NCBI RefSeq assembly: GCF_028641065.1
Contig: NC_073408.1
Coordinates: 3,596,001 to 3,660,000 of the forward strand
Length of the DNA: 64,000 bases
Source of the DNA: Leucoraja erinacea
Taxonomy: Eukaryota
Reading direction: 5' to 3'
Below, piece by piece: positions 62,131-64,000 of this stretch (within the stretch, counting starts at the first letter, position 1; the number at the start of each line of letters is the position of its first letter). The translations under genes and the position numbers were made by a program. The notes below the pieces were generated by a model, which saw nothing but the letters and a program-made list of their open reading frames with translations, did no database searches and was not told the DNA's origin.

Positions 62131-64000
62131 GACCCCATGTTGCCAGGAGAGCCGCCATACTTACCACATGATGTTCGTTGCACTGCCAAACAACATAAAT
62201 TGTATTCCTGCAAAGTCTTGCTTTCACATGCAATTCAAACCTTTCGCGAAGTGATCCATTACTTTAATAATTAATGTGCAGAACATTTCATAAGACATAG
62301 GACAGGAGATGTAGCATTATGTTGTTTCCATTGATTCTACTCCCACCATTTTTCAATCATGGCTGATCTATAATTTACCGTCTCAACCCCATTCTCCTGC
62401 TGATCTTCCCATAACTGTGACCACCCATACATGCATCAAGACATCCATCCTCGCGCACTTTAGAAGAACCCAATGTAACTTGCGGGGACCGGGGGGGGGA
62501 CAACACAGCCGATCTCATTGTGGCAATGCAATTCCACAGATTCACCACCCCACTCTGACATAAAGAAATTCCCTCTTGTCTGCCTTCTAAAGGGGTCTTT
62601 TTAGTCTGAGTCTGCTCTCGCCTTTGGGTCCTAGACTCTCCGCAATAGCTGCGACAACATCCACCTCTAATCCATTTGTTTGTAGAGGGCGCCCATGAAC
62701 CATCGCAAACCCAATTTTGTTTCGTTTCCTCAATTAGATAGATGATCCCTTTACAACACCTGCCCGAGCAAGGGCATTAGGTCCGAGAAATGGTCAGTTT
62801 GCATGGTGCCACACATAACACAGTATGCCCCCCCAAAGTTTTTTTTAAGGGAACATCACTAAAGTTTAAGTTCTTTGCAGCCTCATGAATGAGACCCTGT
62901 TTATCTTGTAGTGACGTTATTTTTTTTCTATGTTAAAATTTTTTTGGTTTTTACACATAGCAGCATAAAACTTGGAATGACAAGTTGATCTGCTGGGTGA
63001 GGCCAATTTGCTTTATTGATCGGGGTACAGGGAATGCCGGCAGTAAACCTAGATTTTATGCTCGCCCAGTTGACCCAGCAGGACAATAGCGTGAGCAACA
63101 GCGAGATAAAGGGCCATTCATCCCTTCAAGGCCAGCACTGTGCCGATTCAGATGTGCGTCATGGTCACTGACTACGTGTGGCCTATCGCGCACTGACCCC
63201 AGGTTGACATGATCGTCTCCTGATGATTGCATGGTTTTTCTCCAGGTAATGCCTCCGACCGCTTCTTACTCTTCCACTCCTCCCTATTGCCAAAGATGTG
63301 CAGAGTTTGCTAGCGCTTAATGTGGCTTCTGTTGTAAATTCCCCCTCGTGACTATAGGATTCCAAAACTGGAGATTCGCATCCAAACTTGTTCACGAGAT
63401 AAATCGATAGCCGTTGATGTTGACTTGCACTGAGGCAACCTGTATAGGGCCTTTTCCATCGCTGTATCTCTTAACTCTGCCGATGCAATTCTACATAATA
63501 CCTAATTGACCGCTCACATCTATGCCTGCGAGTTAGATCACCGCAGACAGGACAGCCTCTCTGGCAGAGATAGGATCTCAATGGGCGGATGTTTCGCCGG
63601 CCCAGATACCTCTTCTTCAACCTCCCTTTCAAATTCTGATGGTTAGACCGGACTGTGGACAGTCTGAAGCCTTATCTTCACGCTCTAAACCATCATAGCT
63701 GCAGCTTCACTTCCTACCCATTACTACTAACTTGAGTGTCTACCTGGTGCTGACATAAAACTATGCATTTTATGCCTCTGCATGGCTCTCGCAAGGCAGA
63801 GACCACAGCATCTAAATAGTTTTTTATAATTGAATTGTAGAATATTTGGATTTTTTTTTTTTTTTTTTCCTGACCTACTATTTGAAAATGTTAATGTCGT
63901 TTCGGGGAAGCTTTCCACAGCCTCACCAGGGTTTCCTCACTTACACGGGAAAGCCTAACACAGCCAGCAACTCGACTGCCTTTTGTTCCAATGAGTACTT

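Overview
Vertebrate genomic DNA, almost certainly a cartilaginous fish (skate/ray-like, inferred from HE1-type V-SINEs, CR1/HER1, L2, Rex1 and Penelope repeats). It holds a two-exon CXCR5-like chemokine receptor on the minus strand (366 aa) and, divergent from it, a complete DDX6 (RCK/p54) DEAD-box helicase gene on the plus strand (12 coding exons, 486 aa, probable 3'UTR intron and ~5 kb terminal exon). Downstream of DDX6, indel-garbled exons resemble trehalase (TREH); this matches the CXCR5-DDX6-TREH order known from human 11q23. The most notable non-genic signal is a family of short Penelope-derived insertions with minimal hammerhead-ribozyme cores, fold-back arms and 12-14 bp target-site duplications. 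The last ~6.5 kb, and a short stretch near 11.3 kb, look like error-rich assembly consensus. Repeat boundaries are approximate and all calls were made by eye.
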